Origin: an uncultured virus (IMG/VR IMGVR_UViG_3300024346_006890)
Taxonomy: Duplodnaviria; Heunggongvirae; Uroviricota; Caudoviricetes
Direction: 5' to 3' (one strand)
IMG/VR virus record: IMGVR_UViG_3300024346_006890
Length of the DNA stretch: 64,000 nucleotides
A model generated the notes under the pieces. The model ran no database searches. It was not told the DNA's origin and saw nothing but the letters and a program-made list of their open reading frames with translations. Positions 8,956-17,833 of the stretch are shown here, one piece after another (position 1 is the first letter of the stretch; every line of letters begins with the position of its first letter). The translations under genes and the position numbers were made by a program.

Positions 8956-9816
8956 TTATATCCCTAAAATTGATCTTGCTTCGGCAGGAGATGCAGGTTC
9001 GTTACCCATATCTCGAATAATTCGAACTGCTTTTTCTACTAATTGTGCATTAGTTTCAGCTAATACACCTTTACTAAGATAGATGTTATCTTCGAGCCCA
9101 ACACGAGCATGACCACCACTTATTGTGCTTAGGGCAACAAATGGCATCTGCATAGAGCCTATACCAAACGCATACCATGTACTATCTCTAGGTAGCATCT
9201 GTTTAGCATATTCTAATGTAGCAGGATTAGCACTCCACCCCCATTTAATGCCGCTGGCAATTTGCCAAAGAGGCTGTCCTGTTATAGTGCCTTCCTGTAT
9301 AAACATTTTAGCAATTTCTAAATCGCCGCTGTCGAAAATTTCTAGTTCAGGTTTAACACCGACACTCTGCACAGCTTTAGCCATTTCTCTAGCAACTGCA
9401 ATACTGTTAACTGTAATGTTCTGCGGGCCCCTATTCATAGTGTTTAAATCTAAGCTACAAATATCGGGCCTTAGTTCTAAAATGTGTGCTACTCGTTTTT
9501 CTGCAGGTTGAAAGTTAGGGTAAGAATTACCAAATATAACATTTGCTGGGCCAGTGGCTCCAGGTCCAGTAGTTAAGTTGATCAATACATCGGTATTTTT
9601 TTCTTTAATGCGATCAACAACTTCTTTGTAAAGATCGAGCTTCATGCTAGGTCTTGCAGTCTGCGGATCACGTACATGAATGTGTACCACTGCTGCACCT
9701 GCTGCGGCAGCATCTAAAGCACTATTGGCAATTTGTTCAGGAGTTACCGGCAGATGCGGTGTCTGTTCTATAGTTGTGCCTGCGCCTGTTACAGCACAAG
9801 TTAAGATAGTCTTCAT
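8956..9816 (-). CDS. Beta-keto acid cleavage enzyme family (BKACE/DUF849, Kce-like)
   Basis: TCAVTG, LPVTPEQIA, AGAAVVHIHVRD, GVKPELEIFD and GGHARVGLEDN. Confidence 0.92.
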   Translation of the reverse strand: MKTILTCAVTGAGTTIEQTPHLPVTPEQIANSALDAAAAGAAVVHIHVRDPQTARPSMKLDLYKEVVDRIKEKNTDVLINLTTGPGATGPANVIFGNSYPNFQPAEKRVAHILELRPDICSLDLNTMNRGPQNITVNSIAVAREMAKAVQSVGVKPELEIFDSGDLEIAKMFIQEGTITGQPLWQIASGIKWGWSANPATLEYAKQMLPRDSTWYAFGIGSMQMPFVALSTISGGHARVGLEDNIYLSKGVLAETNAQLVEKAVRIIRDMGNEPASPAEARSILGI

Positions 9817-10556
9817 GCTAGCCTTCCGCCATCCACTTTAATAATTTCCCCAGTAATGTACGGCATACTAGTTACTAACGATTTTATAACAGTTGCTATT
9901 TCTAATCCTGTTCCTACTCTACCTAACGGTATATCGGCTGATACTTTATCATTAAAACCTGGATCTTTGTTAATTCCCGATGTTGCTTTTTCTAAAAATC
10001 CAGGAGCTACACCGAGTACTCTAACATTAGGTGCAAGTCCTCTTGCTAATGTTTTAGTAAGCGAGTTAATTCCAGCTTTGGATGCAGCATACGCTAAGTT
10101 ATTATTTTTTCCGCTATACGCAGATGTTGAGCTAATATTAATCACTAGCCCGTTAGACTCTTTAAGCAATCCTAAGAATTCTCTAATTGTAACAAAAGTA
10201 CCTTTAAGATTAGTTTCGATAATTGAATTAAAAATATCATCTGATAATTTATCGATATGACTGACAGGAACCACTTTGCTAATACCTGCTGCATTAATTA
10301 ATACATCGCACCTACCAAATAGTACTTTAACTATTGCGACAGCATTTTTAATACTTTCAGTGTCAGTAACTGATGCAAGGATTGCTTTGTGATTAAGATG
10401 TTGATTTGGTAAGAGTTTAATCATATCCTCTGCCTCAGTTAGATTTCTTCTAACTAGTGCAACTATAGTCATACCTTCAGCAGCCAAAATTTCAGCAGAG
10501 GCATATCCAATTTGTCCGCAACCACCTGTAATTACAACTACTTTATTCTGATTCAT
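9813..10556 (-). CDS. Short-chain dehydrogenase/reductase (FabG-like)
   Basis: TGGCGQIG, INAAG, NISS, YAASK and YITGEIIKVDGG. Confidence 0.92.
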   Translation of the reverse strand: MNQNKVVVITGGCGQIGYASAEILAAEGMTIVALVRRNLTEAEDMIKLLPNQHLNHKAILASVTDTESIKNAVAIVKVLFGRCDVLINAAGISKVVPVSHIDKLSDDIFNSIIETNLKGTFVTIREFLGLLKESNGLVINISSTSAYSGKNNNLAYAASKAGINSLTKTLARGLAPNVRVLGVAPGFLEKATSGINKDPGFNDKVSADIPLGRVGTGLEIATVIKSLVTSMPYITGEIIKVDGGRLA

Positions 10557-10579
10557 GATTCCTCCAGTGTATACTAAAT

Positions 10580-12010
10580 TTATCCTAAATTTTTATCAAG
10601 TAATAATTTTGTAGCCATATTAACAAGAGACTTTTTATCAATTTTACCGATTGGAGAAAGAGGCCATTTATCAACAATAAAGAAGTCTCTAGGAATCTCG
10701 TATATAGGAAGATTTTTCATAGCATATTCTTTAATTAGATTAGTAGCAATTTCTTCTTTAAGTTTTAAAAATGCATAAGGTCGAACTCCCTTAATGTCAT
10801 CAGGTAATCCAACTACTACGGATGTCTCAACAAATCCGTGTTGCTCCAATACTGATTCAATTTTACTAGGATAAATGTTATGGCCACCACATACGAACAT
10901 ATCATCTGCCCTGCCCTCAAAATAATAAAACCCATCCTGATCAATTGAAAATAGATCTTCTGTTATAAAATAACCGTCACTAGTTGTTTTAAGATCTTTA
11001 TTTGTATAAGAAGATAGCATTGAAGGGCTTTTAATCTCTAGTACTCCATCTGCTAGTCTATAAGATATCCCCTCGATAGGAAAGCCGACACTAAAGTCAG
11101 GAGTAGGTAACGTCGGATGCTTGCCAAAGATGCCAGGACCTACTTCTGTAATCCCATATGCAATTCTTACAGCAGCCATTGGAAATTTTTCTTTCACTGA
11201 ATAAAACAATTTTCTACTTACTGGGGCAGACGCCATAACTATTTGCCTTACACTTGATACGTCAACAGTTTGTACTAGATCTAGAATTGAAGCCATCATA
11301 GACGGGACTGATGTAATAAGATTTACAGAATAAGATTGAATAGCGTTAACAAATGTAGATGCTTCGAAGAATGGAAGTAATATAGCAGTACCGTTTCCTA
11401 GTAGTGATGTTTCTAAAACTGAAAGCCCATTCATATGATAACATGGAGCAGCTATTAACATTCTAATCCGTGAAAAATTATTAGACTTAATACGTTGTTC
11501 TAAAATCCATCTGTGACTAGCGTGTGTTAATCTAACACCTTTTGGATTTCCTGTAGATCCCGATGTATACAATATAACAGCAACATCATTTATAGAAGGG
11601 TTTATAGACGTAAATGTTGAATCGTTAATTGAAATAATATCAGATAGTAAAATATTTTCAGCTGAATTGATTTCAGTGTCCGAAAAAACTAAACTTATAT
11701 TGCTGTCTTTTAAAATATAATCGATCGTACTAGACGGAAACTTTGTGCTTATTAACACAGCAGTATGCCCTGCCTTCAATATACCTAAATATACAATAAC
11801 AAAATTAATAGAGTTGCTAGCAATAATGCCAATATTTGATTTTGGTCTTCTTGATAAAAATGTTGCTATAGATTGTGCTCGAACTTCTAAACTATCATAT
11901 GTTATAGCCTTAGAAGAACTTTCTATAATTGCAACTTTTTGTGAATTAGGTAATAAATCTCCTAGATTTTTAATAGGGTAAGTTTTCGTAATATCTTCTA
12001 GTTGTTCCAT
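10580..12010 (-). CDS. AMP-dependent acyl-CoA synthetase/ligase (ANL family)
   Basis: YTSGSTGNPKG, YGITE, GRADD and PLSPIGKIDK. Confidence 0.92.
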   Translation of the reverse strand: MEQLEDITKTYPIKNLGDLLPNSQKVAIIESSSKAITYDSLEVRAQSIATFLSRRPKSNIGIIASNSINFVIVYLGILKAGHTAVLISTKFPSSTIDYILKDSNISLVFSDTEINSAENILLSDIISINDSTFTSINPSINDVAVILYTSGSTGNPKGVRLTHASHRWILEQRIKSNNFSRIRMLIAAPCYHMNGLSVLETSLLGNGTAILLPFFEASTFVNAIQSYSVNLITSVPSMMASILDLVQTVDVSSVRQIVMASAPVSRKLFYSVKEKFPMAAVRIAYGITEVGPGIFGKHPTLPTPDFSVGFPIEGISYRLADGVLEIKSPSMLSSYTNKDLKTTSDGYFITEDLFSIDQDGFYYFEGRADDMFVCGGHNIYPSKIESVLEQHGFVETSVVVGLPDDIKGVRPYAFLKLKEEIATNLIKEYAMKNLPIYEIPRDFFIVDKWPLSPIGKIDKKSLVNMATKLLLDKNLG

Positions 12011-12872
12011 CGCATGACCTTAGATGTTCTAGTAACTCGGTTCTTTCTATAAAGCACATGGTGTTTGGTATTGAAGCGTTTAACAATTCGTACATCCATG
12101 GAATATTTTCATATCCTGCAAACTTAGGAAAATATAATAAATCATCCCCCCAATGTTTTGCATACAATAAGGGTTTTATATAATAATCGTAACGTAATAC
12201 ATCCTTGAGCGGCTTATTTCTATATAACAAGTCGTTGTCGAAATATTTCCAACCGGTAAAAAAGTAGTCGAATATAGGGTCGCTAATCGAACTTAAAAAG
12301 AGTTCGCTGCTGTCTCCGAACATCTGTATGCTACCTAGTCGTGATATTTTAGTTAACGGGACGTACCTTGCGATTTCAGGATCAGTCCAACTATGGTATA
12401 CGTAGTGTTTGTTTAATTTTCTACTAGTAAAAAACCAAGGATCGTGCATTACTTGTATTACATCAGGACCGCTGGGCAACATACTTACAAATTTATAATG
12501 CAAGGCATGATTAACTGTTATATCTAATTTTTTAGAGATTTCTAAAATCTCATCTTGGGATGCTATTGGATCTATGTTAACTACTTCAGATTTAAATCCG
12601 TACTTTGATTCTAAAAGTTTTAAGTTTTCGTATTCGTTATCGTTAAATCCGTTGAGTCTCATAAAGACACAGTCTATAGGAATTCCTTGCTTGACAAAAC
12701 TAACCAATGCTGTTTGGCTATCTAATCCAGAACTAAGACAGAGTATCAGTTTATGATTTTTTTCATACAATTCTCTTGCTCTAAATTCAGACTCTTCTTT
12801 TAGAGAACCTGGGATTCTAGAACATGAGGTATGCTCAATATAAAATTTTTCATTCTCGAATCCAAAATTCAT
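11970..12872 (-). CDS. PP-loop ATP pyrophosphatase-like protein
   Basis: LCLSSGLDSQ; paralogous to 17834-18718. Confidence 0.7.
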   Translation of the reverse strand: MNFGFENEKFYIEHTSCSRIPGSLKEESEFRARELYEKNHKLILCLSSGLDSQTALVSFVKQGIPIDCVFMRLNGFNDNEYENLKLLESKYGFKSEVVNIDPIASQDEILEISKKLDITVNHALHYKFVSMLPSGPDVIQVMHDPWFFTSRKLNKHYVYHSWTDPEIARYVPLTKISRLGSIQMFGDSSELFLSSISDPIFDYFFTGWKYFDNDLLYRNKPLKDVLRYDYYIKPLLYAKHWGDDLLYFPKFAGYENIPWMYELLNASIPNTMCFIERTELLEHLRSCDGTTRRYYENLPY

Positions 12873-12992
12873 TGTGTTCCTTATAGTGTTTAGCCCGAAT
12901 ATTTACCTACACAAAAACTTAGATAAAAAATTAACTAAAAATAATTTTGGACTTGTCGAGAAACAATATATAAATTATCACAGGATTAGTAA

Positions 12993-13673
12993 ATGTATCA
13001 TATATTGTATTTCTGCCCTAGCGTTAGCAGTGTGTCATCTATCAACGAAATAGAATCTATAAAGTCTGTTGTCGATGTTTTGGAAAAAGAATTATCGATA
13101 GAAATATCCACAGTTCCTACTTGGGAAAGTCTAATGACTATGTTGCAAAGTCCAACATTCGATAAACTGCTAATTGTATTTCGTTTAGACTACTTAGAAC
13201 GAAGTAATATATTGTTAGATGAAGTTTTATCTATGCTTTCCACATTGACTAAATTTGTAGCTGAAACAAAGAAAGTCAACATCGCAGTTGTAGTTCCGAG
13301 GCCTTGCGATTCTAATACTATATCTAAACTAAAAAGAAATAGTGTACTAGGTATCATCCCCGGTATGCGTTTTTTTAGTAAAGAAAGTTCTGTAACTGCT
13401 TATACGGATCTTGTTAAGGGATTAGAACATTGGCCATCTATTGCTATAGATAACAAACGAATCGTTTCTAGAAACGAGATAGGTCTTACAAAAAGACAAT
13501 ATGAAATATTCACCCTTGTAGCCAAACGTGGGCTGAGTAACAAGTCAGTTGCTGGACAACTCGGCATTAGTGAAGAAACAGTTAAGGTGCATGTAGGAAC
13601 TATATTAAAACGTTTTGGTCTTAAAAATCGCACGCAGCTAGCTTTGGCTAATTCTACCGGCGTTTTTCTCTAA
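12993..13673 (+). CDS. LuxR/NarL-family transcriptional regulator with degenerate receiver-like N-terminus
   Basis: C-terminal LTKRQYEIFTLVAKRGLSNKSVAGQLGISEETVKVHVGTILKRFGLKNRTQL is a GerE/LuxR HTH. Confidence 0.88.
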   Translation: MYHILYFCPSVSSVSSINEIESIKSVVDVLEKELSIEISTVPTWESLMTMLQSPTFDKLLIVFRLDYLERSNILLDEVLSMLSTLTKFVAETKKVNIAVVVPRPCDSNTISKLKRNSVLGIIPGMRFFSKESSVTAYTDLVKGLEHWPSIAIDNKRIVSRNEIGLTKRQYEIFTLVAKRGLSNKSVAGQLGISEETVKVHVGTILKRFGLKNRTQLALANSTGVFL

Positions 13674-13676
13674 AAC

Positions 13677-13722
13677 TACCACTGAAGTGGTAAGTTGTTA
13701 TTGTTTTATCATTGTATATAAT
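13677..13722 (+). promoter_or_regulatory. 7-2-7 inverted-repeat operator plus -10 box
   Basis: TACCACT-GA-AGTGGTA (13677-13692), weak -35 TTGTTA (13695-13700), TATAAT (13717-13722). Confidence 0.7.
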
Positions 13723-13744
13723 ATACTAACAGAAAGGATTCCTT

Positions 13745-14197
13745 ATGAAATTAATCGAAAATCATCCACGCACTATTGTTAAAACAGTAACATGGCGTGT
13801 ATTGCTTACTATCAGCCATTTTATCAACGGATTGATTGTTACTGGCAGCATTGCTATGGGACTAAAAATTGCAGGTTGGAGTTTAATTATTAACAGCGGT
13901 TTATATTGGTTGCATGAACGTATTTGGAACTGGTTCCAATGGAACAAAAAGCCGGCAGAAGATAACCGTTTCTTTAAAGACGGCCACCCAAGAACTACGA
14001 CCAAAATGTTAACATGGCGAGCAGTAGTAAACTTCTCTAACTTCTTTATTCCGTATTTTATGACAGGAAGTTGGGGAACAGCAGGGGCATTCTTTACTAT
14101 TGCGGTTATCGTAAATATGGCGCTATTCTACGGACACGAGCGTATTTGGAACGTTATTAAATGGGGCAAAGCTGTAAAAACCGAAGATAACACCTAA
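13745..14197 (+). CDS. Tandem DUF2061 membrane protein
   Basis: Two copies of HPRT..K..TWR...HERIWN..W; AAGGA SD. Confidence 0.8.
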   Translation: MKLIENHPRTIVKTVTWRVLLTISHFINGLIVTGSIAMGLKIAGWSLIINSGLYWLHERIWNWFQWNKKPAEDNRFFKDGHPRTTTKMLTWRAVVNFSNFFIPYFMTGSWGTAGAFFTIAVIVNMALFYGHERIWNVIKWGKAVKTEDNT

Positions 14198-14268
14198 GTA
14201 ATCCAAACGGCATAAATAATTGAGCAGGAGTCATGACCTGCTTAATTTAACGTTAAATGGAGAAAAAT

Positions 14269-15213
14269 ATGACAAAACGTCACGTAAAATGGGTTTTAGC
14301 CCACGAGCCAATTGAGTTATTCATTCGTGCTGCAAAAGTATTTGCTGATGAAGTAAATTCTCGTGCTCCTGAACAACTAGAAATCGAAGTTATGACTATG
14401 AGCGAATATGCTGAAAAGTATAATAACGGTGTTGTAGTTGGTAAACACGACTTAGTAGATTTACTAGATGCAGGCGATATCCAGATGAGTCAAACTTACA
14501 CAATCACATTGGGTAGGATTAACAAAGACTTTTATGCATTAGACCTACCATTCTTGTTTAAAGATCACGACCATGCTAGCCGCGTATTCGAAGGTGAAGT
14601 TGGCGTTGAACTATTAAACAGTTTAGAACAGTCTAAGAAAGTAAAAGGTCTAGCATTTACATATTCCGGCGGATTCCGTATTATTCCTGGTAACGAAACA
14701 GTTGCCAAGATTGAAGACCTCCGTGGTATGAAGATGCGTACAAGTTTCAGCCCAGTTGCTATCGAAACATTTAAGACACTTGGTGCTGATGTAGTTCCGA
14801 TGGAGCTAGAAGAACTAAGCGAGAACTTAGGTACTGCTAATGTAACAGTTGGTGAGAGCACATATCCTCGTGTCTACGCACTTGGACATGACAAAGTTTC
14901 TAAAGTTATTAACCATACAGAACATAGCTTGTTCTTAACAAGTATTCTAATTGGTACTGACTTCTGGAACAGTCTGACACCAGAACTACAAGCAGTCGTT
15001 GCTGAAAGTGCTAAAGTTGCTGCTCGTCATGAGCGTACACTAAGCATCGAAGACATTGCTCTAGTACAGGCTCGTGCAGAAGCTGACGGTATTGAAGTTA
15101 TTAAAATGAGTGCTGAAGAGCAGGCTCGTTTTGCTGAAGCTACTAAAGTAGTTTACAGCAAATTTGAAAACTACTTTACACCAGGCTTAGTACAAAAGAT
15201 TCAACTACACTAA
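14269..15213 (+). CDS. TRAP-type substrate-binding protein (DctP-like) without signal peptide
   Basis: LDLPFLFKDHDHA, GGFR, IEDLRGMKMR, FKTLGADVVPM and FWNSLTPELQAVV; GGAG SD before ATG 14269. Confidence 0.88.
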   Translation: MTKRHVKWVLAHEPIELFIRAAKVFADEVNSRAPEQLEIEVMTMSEYAEKYNNGVVVGKHDLVDLLDAGDIQMSQTYTITLGRINKDFYALDLPFLFKDHDHASRVFEGEVGVELLNSLEQSKKVKGLAFTYSGGFRIIPGNETVAKIEDLRGMKMRTSFSPVAIETFKTLGADVVPMELEELSENLGTANVTVGESTYPRVYALGHDKVSKVINHTEHSLFLTSILIGTDFWNSLTPELQAVVAESAKVAARHERTLSIEDIALVQARAEADGIEVIKMSAEEQARFAEATKVVYSKFENYFTPGLVQKIQLH

Positions 15214-15230
15214 TCTGTAGTTAACACTTT

Positions 15231-15253
15231 AAAAGGCTCTTCGGAGCCTTTTT
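15231..15253. terminator. Bidirectional Rho-independent terminator
   Basis: AAAAGGCTC-TTCG-GAGCCTTTT between convergent genes. Confidence 0.9.
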
Positions 15254-15256
15254 CTT

Positions 15257-16633
15257 TTAGTATTGTGGGTATTCTAAACTCCGTACAACATATTCTTTTA
15301 TTCTAGCATCTACACGGAATTCTATATCAGTTTTATCAATACTATTGTATAGTTCTTCTTTAAACAATCTGCCAACTGATGTATACAAAGAATTCCTAGT
15401 CCAGCAACCGGGTTTTTTATATAAAGTCGATTGGTTCCACAATTGCTTTTCTAATTCGATTGCATCTAAGAATGACCAATGCTTGTTGCTCCAGTTAATT
15501 GAAGATTTAGGGTCATTAAACTTATAACCATATAGTCCATGGTTTCTATCAAACTCGCTTTGCCATACAGAATTTTCTCTAGCTATAAACAATGCTTTAA
15601 AACCCCATTCGTGTATATTGCTATCTATACACCATTGCTGTGCAGTAACTGCATCTTTTTCAGTATCCCCTGGAAGACCGATAATAAGTCCTACTTGTAA
15701 TCCTATTTCCCTATTCCATATATTGTTGATTAGATTAGGGACGTAATCTCTAGCATGTATTCCATTCCATCCCTTGCCAACAGTCTTTGCTGCTTCTGGA
15801 TTTAAAGATTCTATTCCAAAAAATGTTCCTATGCATCCACTATCCTTAATCCACTGTGCCTGATGGGGATGACTATAAATTAAATCGGCTCGTTGATATC
15901 CTACCCACTGTAATTTAAAAGGTAACGATTGCGAAATGTCAACAAGCTGTTGCATTTTACCATCGTCTTCGTTTACTGTGTCGTCAATGAAATAGTAGTT
16001 AGTAACTCCCCAACGCTCATAATTGGAAATCATTTCATTTCTAACATGATTTAAATTTCTAATATAAGTACCGGGAGTCTTACCAATTAGAGGATACTGG
16101 CAAAATTTGCATTTAAACTTGCATCCTCTTCCTAATTCAATAGGCAATGCTTCATTAGAAAAGATAATGTCGCTATCGTCCCACATTTGGTTAGCACATG
16201 TTATATCAAACGGTTTTCTTTCAACTGTATTACCTGATTGAGTATCTAACCACCTTAATAGATTGTCTTCACCTATACCTGAAAATTGAATCCATCTTTC
16301 TAATTCTTTTACTCTGTTAGTGCCAGCAAAATATCCACCAGCAATCCATTGGACTCGATTGTTACTTTCTTCTATTAATTTCCTAACAGCAACAAGTTTG
16401 TCGAGTGTGGTTAAATCAAAGAATGTGGTACTTATACCTATAGCAATAGTTTCATTGCTTAGGAACCTAGATGTAATATTGTAAATATCTTCTATAGTTA
16501 ACTTAGAACAAAAGTCAATAACTTTTACAGTATATCCGTTCTGTGTTAACCAAGATTTTAAAGAGTAGGCACCTGCCGATCGAATGACCCCAGGGTGTTC
16601 AGAAACTGATGTCCATATAATAACGTCTGCCAT
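15257..16633 (-). CDS. Radical SAM protein with N-terminal cobalamin-binding-like domain (class B type)
   Basis: ELGRGCKFKCKFC, FIDDT, FGIES and IIGLPGDT. Confidence 0.88.
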   Translation of the reverse strand: MADVIIWTSVSEHPGVIRSAGAYSLKSWLTQNGYTVKVIDFCSKLTIEDIYNITSRFLSNETIAIGISTTFFDLTTLDKLVAVRKLIEESNNRVQWIAGGYFAGTNRVKELERWIQFSGIGEDNLLRWLDTQSGNTVERKPFDITCANQMWDDSDIIFSNEALPIELGRGCKFKCKFCQYPLIGKTPGTYIRNLNHVRNEMISNYERWGVTNYYFIDDTVNEDDGKMQQLVDISQSLPFKLQWVGYQRADLIYSHPHQAQWIKDSGCIGTFFGIESLNPEAAKTVGKGWNGIHARDYVPNLINNIWNREIGLQVGLIIGLPGDTEKDAVTAQQWCIDSNIHEWGFKALFIARENSVWQSEFDRNHGLYGYKFNDPKSSINWSNKHWSFLDAIELEKQLWNQSTLYKKPGCWTRNSLYTSVGRLFKEELYNSIDKTDIEFRVDARIKEYVVRSLEYPQY

Positions 16634-17781
16634 TAAAATTGTTTTCCAAGTGTAAATATTTTTGTTCGTGTTGGGAAGATGGCTACTTTTTCCCCTGTAG
16701 CTATAGATTTAATGCAAAATCTTTCGTCTATATAATCTAATTCTGATTTGGCGATATATCTCCATGCCTTTATCGCATCAGACATTTCGTTATTAAAAAA
16801 TAACCAGTTATCCCAATCAACTTTTTGTGGAGCGAACGATTTCCCTGCCTGAAATGAATTATCCCATGTAGAATATATTACGTCTTTAATAACATCAAAG
16901 TATAGTTGTAATCTTATATGACGTTCGTGGCTAGGTAAAGGAATCCATTCTTTAGATGGAATTAATGATCGGTATTGAGGATTTGCTTGTAGAAACTGAT
17001 ATACTTTATATGCTTGTTCAAACAAAATTTGTGGTGATTCCGGGCTCCAGTAAAAATACTCTAATCCTTGGTAATTAAAATCTGACGGATATCCGACCTG
17101 AACTATTGCATCTTTAAAGTAAAATCCTACTACATCATTTCTATCCATTGCCAGCATCGGTTTATCAATACCCCAGATAGCAGCAACTTTCTTGCCAGCA
17201 TCGACTAATTCTCGTTCTTTATTATGAAACTCAGTTAATCTTGCAATATCCCCAGGTGATCGCAATTGATTTGCTAACTCAAATTTAATATCGTTAAAAA
17301 ACTTTGGGGTAATTTTTGTAGACCAGTCCGACTGTAAAATTTCAATTTCGGGATGTTCTTGTGCAAGTCGTTCAAGTTTACCTTTAATAGTAAAATCCCA
17401 CTCGCTTAAAAAATTTCCAGGAGACTTATCGTAAGTATTTGGATTGTAAATGTTAGAACCTACAACTTGAAACGGCCATTTTACATAAACTGCATCTAAC
17501 TTAATATTGTTTTGTATAAAAGTTTTTAAGATATTATCACTATCTGCACCGCCCGAGTAATATAAAATAAGATAATCGTATTTTTCTCTAAGTTCGATTG
17601 CTCGTTGTTTGTATAATTCGTCTAAGGTAAATGCACCAAGGTTATCTAAATTATAATTTTCCCAAGTTGAATTAAAATATTTGTACTCAACGTCTATATT
17701 GTTACTTGAGGCATAAATTAGTGCATCAATTTTATTATCGAATGATTGACCGCCCGATACCCAATGCCCGATTTTACTCAT
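16633..17781 (-). CDS. PP-loop ATP pyrophosphatase-like protein
   Basis: LYYSGGADS, WGIDKP and EYFYW; GGAGG SD. Confidence 0.75.
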   Translation of the reverse strand: MSKIGHWVSGGQSFDNKIDALIYASSNNIDVEYKYFNSTWENYNLDNLGAFTLDELYKQRAIELREKYDYLILYYSGGADSDNILKTFIQNNIKLDAVYVKWPFQVVGSNIYNPNTYDKSPGNFLSEWDFTIKGKLERLAQEHPEIEILQSDWSTKITPKFFNDIKFELANQLRSPGDIARLTEFHNKERELVDAGKKVAAIWGIDKPMLAMDRNDVVGFYFKDAIVQVGYPSDFNYQGLEYFYWSPESPQILFEQAYKVYQFLQANPQYRSLIPSKEWIPLPSHERHIRLQLYFDVIKDVIYSTWDNSFQAGKSFAPQKVDWDNWLFFNNEMSDAIKAWRYIAKSELDYIDERFCIKSIATGEKVAIFPTRTKIFTLGKQF

Positions 17782-17798
17782 ATAATTCCTCCATAAAC

Positions 17799-17815
17799 TA
17801 CTTATACGATAAGTA
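17799..17815. promoter_or_regulatory. Palindromic element between divergent genes (back-to-back TAAGTA)
   Basis: TACTTAT-ACG-ATAAGTA lies in the 52-bp gap between two divergent PP-loop genes. Confidence 0.5.
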
Positions 17816-17833
17816 CGCTATAGGACAATTATA

